A stretch of DNA of 64,000 nucleotides from Octopus vulgaris (GCA_951406725.2 OX597817.1:69688001-69752000), one strand, 5' to 3'. Counted from the first letter of the stretch, positions 1 through 13,599 are shown. The notes: generated by a model not told the origin, from the letters alone. Made by a program: numbers and translations.

Positions 1-134
1 AAAACCGCTATAAAACAACATCAAATTTTTGAAAAATGCAGATAAAAGCTAATCAAAAATATTCGTTGCTTGCATTTGCCTGTTTCCCAAAGATAACGGT
101 AGAGATACAAATGAGATAAATTTCAGTATAGAAG

Positions 135-200
135 AGTGCTCTGCGACCGGTAAGCCACAGCACACTGTTGTGCCTTGAGATGATGCTTGGTGTGCCACAG
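135..200 (+). mobile_element. hAT (Charlie-like) terminal remnant
   Basis: GAGTGCTCTGCGACCGG..GCACACTGTTGTGCC..GGTGTGCCACAG resembles the GGCACAC/GTGTGCC subterminal pattern of hAT ends, with CpG decay; no partner end seen. Confidence 0.4.
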
Positions 201-361
201 TGTAACTTGAATATAATTTGTTTCCTTATATTTTTAGTTATAATTTTAGTTCAGATGTGCTGCTGAATTTTGAAAAGAATATAAATATACGGCAAGTGAA
301 AAATGATTGCGGAGCAATGGAATAGAATCAAAATCAGTTCAAGTGCTAGTTATATGAACAT

Positions 362-505
362 AGGTACAAGCATAGCTGTGTGGTAAGAAGCTTGCTTCCC
401 AACTACATGATTCAGGGTTCAGTCCTACCGTGTGGCACCTTGGGCAAGTGTCTTCTACTATAGCCTTGGGCCCACCAAAGCCTTGTGAGTGGATTTGGTG
501 GACAA
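362..505 (+). mobile_element. SINE family A, head fragment
   Basis: Aligns to the head of the full copy at 31300-31697 (A/B boxes, GGCACCTTGGGCAAGTGTCTTCTACTATAGCC). Confidence 0.85.
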
Positions 506-542
506 CAGATATCAAATGATAATGATGATGATGAGAAGGAGG

Positions 543-592
<50 letters not shown>

Positions 593-639
593 TTTTACTC
601 ATTTCAGCCATGCAGCTGTGGTCATACTGGAGCACCACC

Positions 640-2222
640 GTGGTCTTTCTGATTTCTTCAGTCTTGAGTGTTTCACATCACCACACCTGTATGTGCCTTT
701 GTCCCGTCTGTTGGCCCATTTGGTGTTGTGGAGAGGAGAATGTCTAGTTCCTTTTTAAAGACATCTGCTTCCATCTTATACAGATTTCTTAATTTTTGTG
801 GCAAGGCATTGAAGAACTGTGGCCCTTTGAACCCTAGACTATTGCAGTATCTGGTTCTGAATTTAGTTGGAGTGGATGGTATTTTTGGTACAATTCAAAG
901 GCGGCCAGTTCTGGCATTTGTATAACACTCAATGCTGAAATTAGGTACTAGACCTTCTAGAGTTTTCCATATGTAGATTATTTCATATCTGTCGCACCTT
1001 CGCTCCAGGGAGTAAAGCTGCAGCTTTCTCAGCCTATTCCTGCTGCACTGTTTCAATCTTTTTAGTGCAGTGGCATTGGAATGCTTCAAGCTCTGCTATT
1101 AGTTTGGCACTGTGTGGTGACCATAATTGGGAGCAGTAGTCCAGGTCACTGAGAACAAAGGTTCTCCACAGGGTCAACATAGTTTCTTGGTCTCTTGTCT
1201 TGAAGGATCTCAGTATCCATCCTGCCAGTTGTCTGCATTTTGCTGCCATCTTGGTAATGTACATATAAAATGGAGTGTCATTGCACTTACTGATCTCCAA
1301 GATTGTAGTGGCTTTGGGTCCTGTATATGCAGGCTGTAGTGTATTTGTGAGTTGACAGTGCAGTGCTTGAACTGTATGTTGCTTATTTTAGACCACTTGT
1401 ATATTGAATTCAGGTCCCACTGTAAACTTGCGATATCATCTTGATTTTCTATTGCTTGTGATAATTTTGTATCATCAGCATAGCTAGTGACAGTGGCTGT
1501 TCAAATGACTGTGGGAATGTCTAAGAGGGCTATTATGAACAGTAAGGACTCCAGAACACTACACCACTCGGGATTTGAATTTCCCCAGAAAGGGTACCAC
1601 TGGTTGCAACTGTCTGACTTCTGTCTTTAAGGAAGTCATGCAGCCACTCTCCCAGTTTACCAGCAACGCCAAGGTCTCATAGCCTATGACATATCATGCT
1701 GTGATCTACCTGATAATAAACCTTTACAAAGTCAAGGTGTATCACACTGACATCTGAATGGTCAAGCAGCTGTTTCAAAATCAAGTCATAGTACTGTAGG
1801 AGTTGTGTGAGGCAGCTTCTTCCTGGACAAAAGCCATGCTGTGTATTGTCCAGTAGGTCATTTTCTTCTGGGAACAGTATCAACTTCTTTCTGATGATAT
1901 GCTCCATGACTTCACTGATATGTGAAGTCAAAGAGATTGGCGTGTAGATTTTGGCCTCTGCTCTGCTTCCACCTTCGTGAATAGGGCATATAATGCTTTC
2001 TTTTAACTTTTAGGAAGTTTACCACTTCCTAAGGGAAACTTTGGAAAAGTATCTGAAGTGGCTTTGTTAAAGCCTGCTTACATAAATTCAGGAGAATAGC
2101 TGGGAAGCCATTAGGACCAGTTGTGGAGCTTGAGCTCATTTCTTCTATGGCTGCTGTTACATCTGTCTCCCCAATGTTGATGTAATCGATTATAAAATTA
2201 ATAAAAGGAATGACCACTAATG
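640..2222 (-). mobile_element. CR1-type LINE, degenerate RT and C-terminal region
   Basis: Collinear motifs GPNGFP, QHGFCPGRSCLTQLL, HLDFVKVY, YADDTK (about 1465-1482), LDYCSQLWSPH, LYSLERRCDRY; frameshifts and deletions. Confidence 0.92.
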
Positions 2223-2299
2223 TGGATTTCTTTAGTAGTCATTCCACTTATTAATTGTGTGTGTGTATATATATATATATATGTAAGTATGTATGTGTT

Positions 2300-2492
2300 T
2301 GTGTTTGACTCCTCCCACCACCTGCCATTGCTTGACAGCCAATGCTGGTGTGTTTATGTCCCAGTATGATAGAATAAGTACTAGGCTTACAAAGAATAAG
2401 TTCTGTCTGGGTTGATTTGTTCGACTAAAGCCATTCAAGGTGGTGCTCTAGCATGGCCGCAGTCAAATGACTGAAACAAGTAAAAGAATAAA
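2300..2492 (+). mobile_element. SINE family A, 3' half
   Basis: Ends GTGCTCTAGCATGGCCGCAGTCAAATGACTGAAACAAGTAAAAGA as in the 31300 copy. Confidence 0.85.
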
Positions 2493-2779
2493 AGCAAACT
2501 GAATATATACAGTGAAGATTGTAAAAAAAAAAACTTTATGGAAGTATGGATGCATGTACATGAAACATTTTAATAATTGTGACGATGTCTGTTTGCTTAG
2601 CAATCCTATTTGTCACTCTGTGTACTATGGTTTCTTTGAACAAATTACTGCCAGGAAAAAAAGAAATATCTTCCATAACCAATATAAATAATATTGCATG
2701 TATACACACAGAGACACGCAGAAATATATATATATATATACCTATCCCACATGTATATAGAACACATACATTACCATTC

Positions 2780-2788
2780 TTCACTTTC

Positions 2789-2839
<51 letters not shown>

Positions 2840-3614
2840 TGGTTTGCAAACAATTGCACACTCATGCACTATCAAGCACATGCATACACATACTTGCACT
2901 CACACACAAGCAAATGCATAAAATCATATACATGCAGATATATATGCATATGAGTATATATGTATGGTTATATTATATATATATATATATGTACAGACAA
3001 CTATGGACACAAACTTTAGCATGTGCACACATACATGTACACATAAGCAGTTTTCTCTATATATTTCATGTTCATTTACATATGTACGCATGCGTAGTTA
3101 TGTATATATTTATGTATGCAAATATTTGTATAGTGTATGTATATATACATACATGTATGAACTCACACACACATATATATATGTACATGTAGATATAAAC
3201 TTAAGCATGCGCATGCACGCATGTACACATACACATTTTTCTCTATATAGTCCATGTTCATTTATATATGTATACATATGTGTATTTATGTATGTATTTA
3301 TGTTTGTAAATATTTGTATAGTATACGTGTATATATATATGTATGCACACACACACACATATATATATATATACACACACCCCTGTGTGTATATATATAT
3401 ATATGTCCACACATATATATATATATTTCCACAAATATATAAATGCATATATTTTTATATACATGCACATATAAATGTATATATTTGTACATACATGTAT
3501 ATGCACAGATATATGTGCGCATGTGTCTATGTGTGGTTTGTGTGTGTTAGTATGCATGTGCATATATATATGTATGTATATAGGTGTGTGCATGTGAGTG
3601 TGTGTATATATATA

Positions 3615-3652
<38 letters not shown>

Positions 3653-3820
3653 CACTTACATATATATGTGTGTGTATAAGTATATATATATATATGCATA
3701 GATATATGTATGTGTGTATATATATCATCATCATCATCATTTAACGTCCCTTTTCCATGCTAGCATGGGTTATATATATTTATATATATATGTATGTATG
3801 TATGTATATATTACTATATA
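2780..3820. repeat. Compound (TA)/(CA)/(TG) microsatellite field
   Basis: Direct reading; similar fields at about 4390-4675, 5940-6300, 7295-7790, 15900-16890, 22890-24245, 33040-33420, 43950-44380, 50960-51630 and 57000-57440. Confidence 0.95.
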
Positions 3821-4387
3821 TTTTATACAGAATAATGCAAACATTTCCATACATTATGAATATGCATTAATAAATGTACACAAGCAATGGATTTTACATA
3901 CATTTCACCTTTCCAGAGTGAAGTTTATTCGTTTCTATGTGGCTTTCTTCTCTTTCAGAACTGGTTTTTTTTATGATGCACAACTTTGATCCATCCCACA
4001 ACAAAACTGAAAAATCACTCCCTCTTCGTTACTGTCTTTTCTTCTATTTTTCTTTTTTCTCTCTTCCTTTCTCTACCTTACTATATTTGTCTGACGGCTA
4101 TTATTATGAGCCATAAAGTTATTTGCTCAATGAAGAGGCTTCGAAGATATAACTAAAGTATATAGAAATAGTAGCAAAATTTTCTCCTCACGTAATACAC
4201 TGTTGTGTCAAATTAAGTAGGAGGCATCAGACAAAACTGGGTGTTTGATGGTTGAAAAAATATTTGATTGGGGTGCCATGGTTGGAACACTGATAATATC
4301 ACAAGTCAGCTCTATTAGGGGACTTTTAAGCTTGACATATTCAGAAACTATGCATTTGCAATCACATTGGTTTCAGCCTGCATATGT

Positions 4388-4562
<175 letters not shown>

Positions 4563-4644
4563 TAGATATAGATATATGCACTAACAACACGCACATATGT
4601 ATCTATCTATACATACATAGTACATACATACATACATGCATACA

Positions 4645-4676
<32 letters not shown>

Positions 4677-4677
<1 letters not shown>

Positions 4678-5939
4678 CTGGTCATCCCATAAATAATGCA
4701 ATTTTTTTCAATTGCATGAACTAAAAGATGGAGCAGGACAGGATAAACTACCTGCATCAACTTGCTATAAAATCAGGTTGTAATTTTACCTTGGTCTCAT
4801 TCATAGTGCAAATTTTGAAGAGTGCAGTTCAATTTTAACAGTTATTTTTACAAAGCTATAATGGAAATGACAAAGGAGCATATTTAGCACATTTTGCTTT
4901 ATGAGTTCAATGAAGGCAACAACACAATGGAAAGTGCAAGGAATATTAATGCAGTGTTTGGGAATCAGACAATAAGTGTAAGCCAGTGCCAATGGTGGTT
5001 CCGGAAATTCCAAGCTGGAAACTACAGCCTAGAAGATGAGCCTTGTCATGGAAGATCTGTAGAGCTTGACGAGGACATCCTGCAAAGCCTGGTGGAACAA
5101 AATCTCATTGTAACTGTTGAGGAACTAGCAGAGAAGTTTGGATTTGGTCATTCAATCATTCATCAACATTTGTGTGCCATTGGAAAAGTTAGCAAATTGG
5201 GTCAATGGGTTCCTCACAAAATTTCCAAGTCTACATATGAGCAGAGTGTGAATGTGTACTCTTCTTTGCTGTCATATCTCATGAATGAACATTTTTTGGA
5301 CTGAATAGTGACTGGTGATGAGAAATGGGTTCTCTATAAAGATGTCAGGCACCAAAGAGAGAGGGCAGGGAAAGGAGAAACACCAGCACCCCAAGCTAAA
5401 GAAGGTCTTCACCCACATAAGATGGTGTTATCTGTTTGGTGAGATATGAGCGCTTATAATGATAACAAAGGAGATCTACTGCAAGCAGCTTGAAAAGCTT
5501 AAGTCAGAGCTAGAAAAGAAACAACCATCTATGGCTTCAAGATGAAAAGTTTTCTTCCATCAGGATAATGCTCGGCTACATACAGCAAGGATCTCATTCC
5601 AAAGGCTGAAGCAGTTTGAATGGGAAACAATGTGCAAACCCACCATATTCACCAGACATTGCTCCATCTGATTATCATTAACTCTCCAGACTTGAAAATC
5701 ATTTGGACGGAAAAATTATGACTTCTGTAGACAAGGTCAAAGCAGTACTGGTGAAGAATTTTTCATCAAGGACAAGTGTATTTTGGAAGAGGGGCCTTGC
5801 AAGCCAACCATATAGATGGAAGAGCATTGTAGAAAATGAAGGAGAGTATACTTTAGAGTAAGAAAGAACTTTGTTCATCTTAATTTTGAAAAATAAAAGA
5901 AGTATAAAAAAAACCTGCATTATTTATGGGATGACCCAA
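4677..5939 (+). mobile_element. Full-length degenerate mariner (DD34D)
   Basis: TIRs GGTCATCCCATAAATAATGCA at both ends with TA flanks, 1263 bp; ATG at 4861, WVPH, IVTGDEKW, HQDNARLH, PPYSPDIAPSDYH; 34-residue D-D spacing after correcting a 1-nt insertion; several stops. Confidence 0.96.
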
Positions 5940-6058
5940 TATATATATATGTGTGTGTGTCTGTATATATATATATACATATATATATATATACACATAT
6001 ATATATGTATATATATATACATATACATACATATATATAGATATATATATATACATAC

Positions 6059-6102
<44 letters not shown>

Positions 6103-6301
6103 GAGAGAGACAGAGAGAGGTAAAAAAAAATAAGGACTGCATTGCATGACGTAAATAATATTTTCAGAAGTCAAAACATGTATAGTATCATTTATATATA
6201 TACATACACGTTTACATACATATATATATATATTATATGTATATTATATATATGTATGTATGTATATATGTAAGTATATATATATATATATATATATATA
6301 T

Positions 6302-6694
6302 ACTCTTTTACTTGTTTCAGTCATTTGACTGCGGCCATGCTGGAGCACCGCCTTTAATTGAGCAACTCGACCCCGGGACTTATTCTTTGTAAGCCCAGTA
6401 CTTATTCTAACGGTCTCTTTGCCGAACTGCTAAGTGACGGGGACATAAACACACCAGCATCGGTTGTCAAGCAATGCTATGGGGACAGACACACAAACAT
6501 ACACACACATACATATATATACATATATATATACGACAGGCTTCTTTCAGTTTCCGTCTACCAAATCCACTCACAAGGCATCGGTCGGCCCGAGGCTATA
6601 GCAGAAGACACTTGCCCAAGATGCCATGCAGTGGGACTGAACCCGGAACCATGTGGTTGGTAAGCAAGCTACTTACCACACAGCCACTCCTGCG

Positions 6695-6696
<2 letters not shown>
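6302..6696 (-). mobile_element. SINE family A, full-length copy
   Basis: Reverse complement matches 31300-31697 end to end; (TA)n on both sides; CpGs retained. Confidence 0.93.
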
Positions 6697-6748
<52 letters not shown>

Positions 6749-7531
6749 TATATACATACATTTATATATATGTATGTATATATACATATATGCATACATG
6801 TATGTATACACACATGCATATACACACATATATGTATATATTCATCTATACATTGTTGCACACTCAATGAAGCACTATTAAGCTTAGTATGTCAATATTA
6901 CCATGAATAGCAATAACAACCAATAATGAGAATAAAATTAAAAAAAACAAAACAAATCATACAAATTTCGGTGAATAAGCTGCCACAAACAAGAAGTAAT
7001 ATTTGAAATCCTAGTTTCTCTGCCCTTTTTCAGAGCCCCTCTGTATTTAACTCCTTTCTGTCAATATCTCTCTCTTTTCCTCCCTGTATCTTCATTTGTA
7101 TTTTTCTTTCTCTCTTTCTCCCCACCTCTGTCTCTGTCTCTCTCTTATTCATAGTTTCAGCTGGGTGTGGGCGTTCAAAGAAGCCATGATTTTTTTCCTT
7201 TTTCTTTGGTATTACAGAAAATATAATTATTGTTTCATTTTTTTTCATATCCTTCATTGGGTCTATTTTTTCCCATATCAATCTGTGTTACAAATGTATA
7301 CATATATACATATATATATATATACACATAAACACACATATATATACATAAATATATATACACACACACATATATATGTTTGCATATATGTATGTATGTA
7401 TATATATATGGTGATGATGATGATGGAAAACATACATATATATATATGCATATATATATGTAGATATACATATATATATGCATATATATATATGATATAT
7501 ATATTATATATATAATATATAATATACATAC

Positions 7532-7607
<76 letters not shown>

Positions 7608-8214
7608 CATCATCGTTTTTTGTATATATATATATATCCACCCATGCCAGCATGGATGGCAGACGTTAAACAATGATGATGATGATGATGATGATGATGA
7701 TCCATATATATATACACATAAATATGTAAATATATATATATACATATACAGCCCTCCCACACACACACACACACTCACACGCACACATGGATACAGATAT
7801 AGGTATGGTGACCCAAAAGTCAGACTTTATAGAAAATCTACCATTACATTTTCTTCTGATCCAACAATTATGCTTCAAGCTGGAATATTGAGCAAAAGAT
7901 TAATTAATATAACCGTATCTCTTTGGCAATAATATTATGAAAGAAACATATGCCCGTAAATTACACTCCTTTCTTGTCCCTAAATTAACCAATGTTCTTT
8001 TATCAGAATGGCATAAAAATGTAGTCAGTTTAATAAGGTGGTACTTCACAGCATTTTGTTATTAGAGTGATAAATAATTCAAAATCCTTCCCATGAAACA
8101 GGACTGAGAGATAAAATGCAGTTGAATGGCCATCTAGGTCATTCAGCGAGCATAATGCTACTTGTTTTTGTTTTTTTTTTAATATTTTTTTTCTTTTTTA
8201 TTGTTCTTTTATCT

Positions 8215-8612
8215 TTTACTTGTTTCAGTCATTGGACAGCAGCCATGCTGGGATACCATCTTAAAGGGTTTCATCTGAACAAATTGATCCCAGTACTTAT
8301 AGTTTTTTTTGTTTTTTTTATCTCAAATCTGGTAGTTATTTTGTTGGTTTCTTTAGCTGAACTTCTACATTACAGGGACGTAAACAAACCATCAGTGGTT
8401 GTCAAACTGGGTGGGTAGTGTGACATATACAGATCAAAAGACACATGTGCACATTGACACACATACACATACACACATACACACATGGATACACACTCCA
8501 TTTACAAGGCTTTGGTTATGAGACACTTGCCCATGGTGTCATGCAGCAGGATTGAACCTTGAACCATGTAGTTTGGAAGCAAACTTCTTACCACATAATC
8601 ATTCCTGCACCT
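8215..8612 (-). mobile_element. SINE family A, old copy
   Basis: Degenerate tail (TTTTACTTGTTTCAGTCATTGGAC) and head (AGACACTTGCCCATGGTGTC). Confidence 0.75.
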
Positions 8613-9115
8613 ATTAACAAACTAAAAAGAAAGAAAGAGAGAAAGAAAGAAGGAAGAAAGGAAGAGAGGAAAGAAGGAAGGAAGGAAGGAAAGATAAAAG
8701 CATGTAATATAAGAAATCCTGTTGTTTTTATTGTTGTTGTTTAGCTGCTGAGCCAGCCTGTCTTGAACAGACTGCAGCCACACTCTTTTTGTTCTATTAT
8801 TCAATGTGGTGTTCCAGCACAACCACAGTCCAGATCTTGAACCTAGCAAAAGTATAAAAGGATAGTATATGCAACAAAACCCTCCATAAACTAGAAACCC
8901 TTAAATAAGTATTACCCTAACCAGATTTAGAACCCCTATCTTATCTTGGACCCTCATGCAGTATCAAGTTAAGGTGTAAATAAGGTAAATGACAAAAACC
9001 ACCATAAACCAAATGACTAGGAACCCATCAACAACGACCCTACAGGAATGAGGGATGACTTAGAACAATGAGAACACAAAATATATAAGATTCACTGACA
9101 ACATGTTCATCAAAC

Positions 9116-9668
<553 letters not shown>

Positions 9669-9959
9669 ACTTCCATCATCAGTTGCCTAATAGATATCGT
9701 TATAGGTTATTCAGATATGGTATATTTCTGAAGATGAGAATGCATTAAGTCTCCCTATAATAAGTTAAACTCCTCAAGAATGAAACCTTAAAGGATTTTT
9801 TCCTCACATTTATCAGAAAAAAGGAACATGTTGGAGAAAATCCTGTTTTACATGCAGGATTCTTTATAATCCCAGATTATCATGATGTTGATCCACTCAG
9901 TAGAATCAAATACCATTGCAACACATACTTAAGAAATGATCCTTAAAAGTATAATCTTT

Positions 9960-10250
9960 TGTGAGGGTGGTTAGGGTATTGTACTCAGAATCATGAGATT
10001 GTGGGTTCAATTCTAAACAGGGTAATACATTGCGCTCTGAAACAAACACTTCAACTCACATTACTCTGCAATCACTTTGACATCTGATATGTGGCATACC
10101 ATGTACCTGTGCCTTGTATAGGCAATGTTGATTTGATAGAGATAGTGAACTCATGTACAGCACAAACATTTGATCATTATAAATAAATCATCTGTTTTAA
10201 GTTGTTCAGCAAGAATTTGCAGAACTATCTTAATTGGACTCAAGGGAGTA
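9960..10250 (+). mobile_element. Old tRNA-derived SINE (family F)
   Basis: GTGGTTAG..GGTTCAATTC boxes; body similar to the reverse copy at 18985-19155. Confidence 0.6.
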
Positions 10251-10314
10251 CAATCATATTTATGACTAAACTATCCTAGTGTATACATACTTTTTTCAAA
10301 TAGCTCATCTTTCA

Positions 10315-10450
10315 AAGTAGATGGGACATGTGGAAAGGGTAAACCCAGGAAGACATAGGACGAAGTCCTGAAGGGCAATCTCAGAATACTGAACCTTTCA
10401 AATGAGGTGACAAAGGACAGAGACATTTGGTACTTTTTTGTACTCAAGAT
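10315..10450 (+). mobile_element. RTE-type LINE C-terminal remnant
   Basis: Translates VDGTCGKGKPRKT*DEVLKGNLRILNLSNEVTKDRDIW. Confidence 0.65.
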
Positions 10451-10479
10451 GCCACAGCAGAAGTGTTAAGGTCTCTCCC

Positions 10480-10710
10480 ACCCTGTGAAGAGGTTTGGCC
10501 TGCAAGAGTCTTGTGCCAGTGCCATGAAAAAGGCACTTGTACCAGTGCCACATAAATACACCCAGCACACTCTGTAAAGCAATTGGCATTAGGAAGGGCA
10601 TCCAGCTGTTGAAGCCATGCCAAATCAGACTGGTGTGTGGTGCAGCTCTTCAGCCTGCCATCTCTGGTCAAGCCATCCAACCCATGTGAGCATAGACAAC
10701 AGACGTTAAA
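10480..10710 (+). mobile_element. (GAT)n-tailed retroposon 3' part (family D), interrupted
   Basis: TTGGCATTAGGAAGGGCATCCAGC..CAGACGTTAAA; tail resumes at 11129 as (GAT)n; same tail at 3725-3770 (-) and 7638-7700 (+). Confidence 0.75.
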
Positions 10711-11112
10711 GGCGGTAAGCTGGCAGAAACGTTAGCACACCGGGCGAAATGCTAAGCAGTATTTCGTCTGTCTTTATGTTCTGAGTTCAAATTCCGCCGA
10801 AGTCGACTTTGCCTTACATCCTTTTGGGGTCGATTAAATAAGTACCAGTTACGCACTGGGGTCGATATAATCGACTTAATCCCTTTGTCTGTCCTTGTTT
10901 GTCCTCTCTGTGTTTAGCCCCTTGTGGGTAGTAAAGAAATAGGTATTTCGTCTGTCTTTACGTTCTGAGTTCAAATTACGCCGAGGTCGACTTTGCCTTT
11001 CATCCTTCCAAGGTCAATAAATGAAGAACCAGTTGCGTACTGGGGTCGATCTAATCAACTGGCTCCCTCCCCCAAAAATGTTGGGCCTTGTGCCTAGAGT
11101 AGAAAAGAAATG
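10711..11112 (+). mobile_element. Dimeric SINE family B with 16-bp TSD
   Basis: GACAACAGACGTTAAA at 10695-10710 and 11113-11128; core GTCGACTTTGCCTTTCATCC..TAAGTACCAG occurs twice and resembles the Meta/MESC SINE domain as I recall it. Confidence 0.9.
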
Positions 11113-11783
11113 GACAACAGACGTTAAATAATGATGATGATGATGATGGTGATGAAGGGGCACATCAGAAAAATTTAACTGCTATTTCTAAGTGGCCAAA
11201 CAATGACATAGAAGTCTCCCACTAGTTCAATAATAAGACAATATATTCATAGGTGAATAAAATCTAGTGTATGACAATGATTGAAACACGATGTCTGTAT
11301 GTATTAAATATAGCATAGAACCATGACTATGAATATAAATATTATCATGTAGCTTATGTCTGTCGACATGTATAGCTTTAAATGTGACTGTAGATAATGC
11401 TTGTGCATCTTAATTAAGGATAACGACATAATTGAAACTGAATGCTTATGTATGTATCCATATATACCTGCAGTGTAGTCATGTATTGCAATGTAATGTA
11501 TATATGTATATATGTATGTATGTATGTATAATGGATGCATGCAATTATGATTTGTGAACGTATGTATTATATATGCAAGAAAGTATGTATGTGTATGTAT
11601 GTATGTATGTATGTATGTAAGTAGGCATGCATGTACGCAGCTGTGTATGTGTATATATGTATGTGTATGTATCATTTCTGAATGTATACACATATTATGA
11701 ATTTATGTTTAGATAAATAGTTACACATATACATGAACGGGCAAAAGTATATATATGTGTTTGCATATATAATACATGTGTGA

Positions 11784-11838
<55 letters not shown>

Positions 11839-11852
11839 CATCATTATTATTA

Positions 11853-12032
11853 AGGCAGTGAACTGGCAGATACATTAGCACACCAGGCAGAACGATTTGC
11901 GGGATTTCATCCTTCCTTAAGTCCTAAGATCAAATTCTACCAAAGTCTACTTTGCTTTTTATCCTTTCATGGTTAATGAAATAAGTCTATATAATCAACT
12001 TATTCCCTCCCCTAAAATTTCAGGCCTTGTGC
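11853..12032 (+). mobile_element. SINE family B, old copy
   Basis: GGCAGTGAACTGGCAGA head, degenerate core, GGCCTTGTGCC tail. Confidence 0.7.
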
Positions 12033-12172
12033 CATCATCATCATCATTATTTGTACCTTTGTATGCTTTGCATGTGTCTTATTGAGACACCATCTCTATC
12101 AAGGTAGTCCACCAAGGCGGCAGGGTCTCTGCCCCTCTCGTTTGGGGCTTGGAGTGTTTTCTCCTAGGTTGC

Positions 12173-12203
<31 letters not shown>

Positions 12204-12550
12204 TAAAACAGTTTGATTTGGCCCTGTGTGATTTAAAGTTACAGAAACCTTGCTTGCCGAGCTCAGTTAATGGAATGGAGAGATGCAGGAAGTCCAAGAT
12301 TGCTATTGGAAACTGGGCTGCTATTGATCAAGGTTGGACACATGGTGTTAAAAGTATGATTGACATTCTAACAACAACAGGTGCATTAAAAAGGAGAATT
12401 TCTTGAACTATGTGGGTGGACAGGAAGCTAGAGGCACCTTGCTCTTTGACCAGTCTTTGAAGGGACATGCAGGCCATGAAACACAAATATATGCATCAAC
12501 TACTGTGTGTGCTGAGTGCATCTTTCTTTCATTTGTCCACCCACTCATAC

Positions 12551-12571
<21 letters not shown>

Positions 12572-12588
<17 letters not shown>

Positions 12589-13085
12589 TCTAGTTGTGTG
12601 AGTGTCTGTCCCCTTCGATTTAGATTCCTAACTACTCCCACATTTTGCGGTGCAGTTTAACCAAATTCGGGTATCTTATAGTCGTGATTCATATCAAGCC
12701 CGTCTGGCTATTAGCGCGCGTCTACGATGAGTCTACGATTTTAAAAATAATTTAACATCATTTTTTATTCCATTTTAATGCATAATTTTTCGTGTGTCGA
12801 TGGCGGTGGAGTTGGCGTCTATGGTCACACCTGCACCTGTTTGCTTCTCCCCCTTCTTCCCTCCCTCGTGAAGCTGTGGGGAAGGGAGTGTAAGGAAATC
12901 AACGTCGTAAAGCGTTGTCAAGGAGACCAGCGTTCTTTTAGAACAACGACTTCATGGCTTGAAGACACCAAAACAGAAATGGCTAAGAAAGCCCGAATTG
13001 GCATCTATAAGGGAAGTAACTCTCTAAAAATGCTTATATAGTTATTTCCCTTACAAACCCGAGCAACGCCGGGCGATACTGCTAG
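12572..13085 (+). mobile_element. Non-autonomous Helitron, unit 1 of tandem
   Basis: 3' hairpin CCCGAGCAACGCCGGG then CTAG; 5' end lies within a TA run (approximate). Confidence 0.9.
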
Positions 13086-13599
13086 TCTATATATATAAAA
13101 CTGTAGTTGTGTGAGTGTCTGTCTCCTTCGATTTAGATTCCTAACTACTCCCACATTTTGCGGTGCAATTTAACCAAATTCGGGCATCTTATAGTCGTGA
13201 TTCATATCGAGCCCGTCTGGCTATTAGCGCGCGTCTACGATGAGTCTACGATTTTAAAAATAATTTAACATCATTTTTTATTCCATTTTAATGCATATTT
13301 TTTCGTGTGTCAATGGCGGCGGAGTTGGCGTCCACGGTTACACCTGCACCTGTGTTGCTTTTCCCCCTTCTTCCCTCCCTCGTGAAGCTGTGGGGAAGGG
13401 AGTGTAAGGAAATCAACGTCGTAAAGCGTTGTCAAGGAGACCAGCGTTCTTTTAGAACAACGACTTCATGGCTTGAAGACACCAAAACAGAAATGGCTAA
13501 GAAAGCCCGAATTGGCATCTATAAGGGAAGTAACTCTCTAAAAATGCTTATATAGTTATTTCCCTTACAAACCCGAGCAACGCCGGGCGATACTGCTAG
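13086..13599 (+). mobile_element. Non-autonomous Helitron, unit 2 of tandem
   Basis: Starts TC, ends hairpin plus CTAG followed by T; near-identical to unit 1. Confidence 0.92.

Noticed and set aside
127-149. Plus-strand micro-exon TTTCAG..GTAAG
   Set aside because: Weak pyrimidine tract, and the donor lies within the hAT-like remnant
162-203. miRNA-like hairpin
   Set aside because: Better explained by decayed GGCACAC/GTGTGCC transposon subterminal repeats; relies on many GU pairs and lacks a basal stem
2964-3701. Long YI/VC/HT-rich ORFs here and throughout the window
   Set aside because: Stop-free translations of dinucleotide and tetranucleotide microsatellites
12778-13041. Duplicated 87-aa and 82-aa ORFs as tandem genes
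   Set aside because: Lie inside the Helitron units, with no splice or domain support
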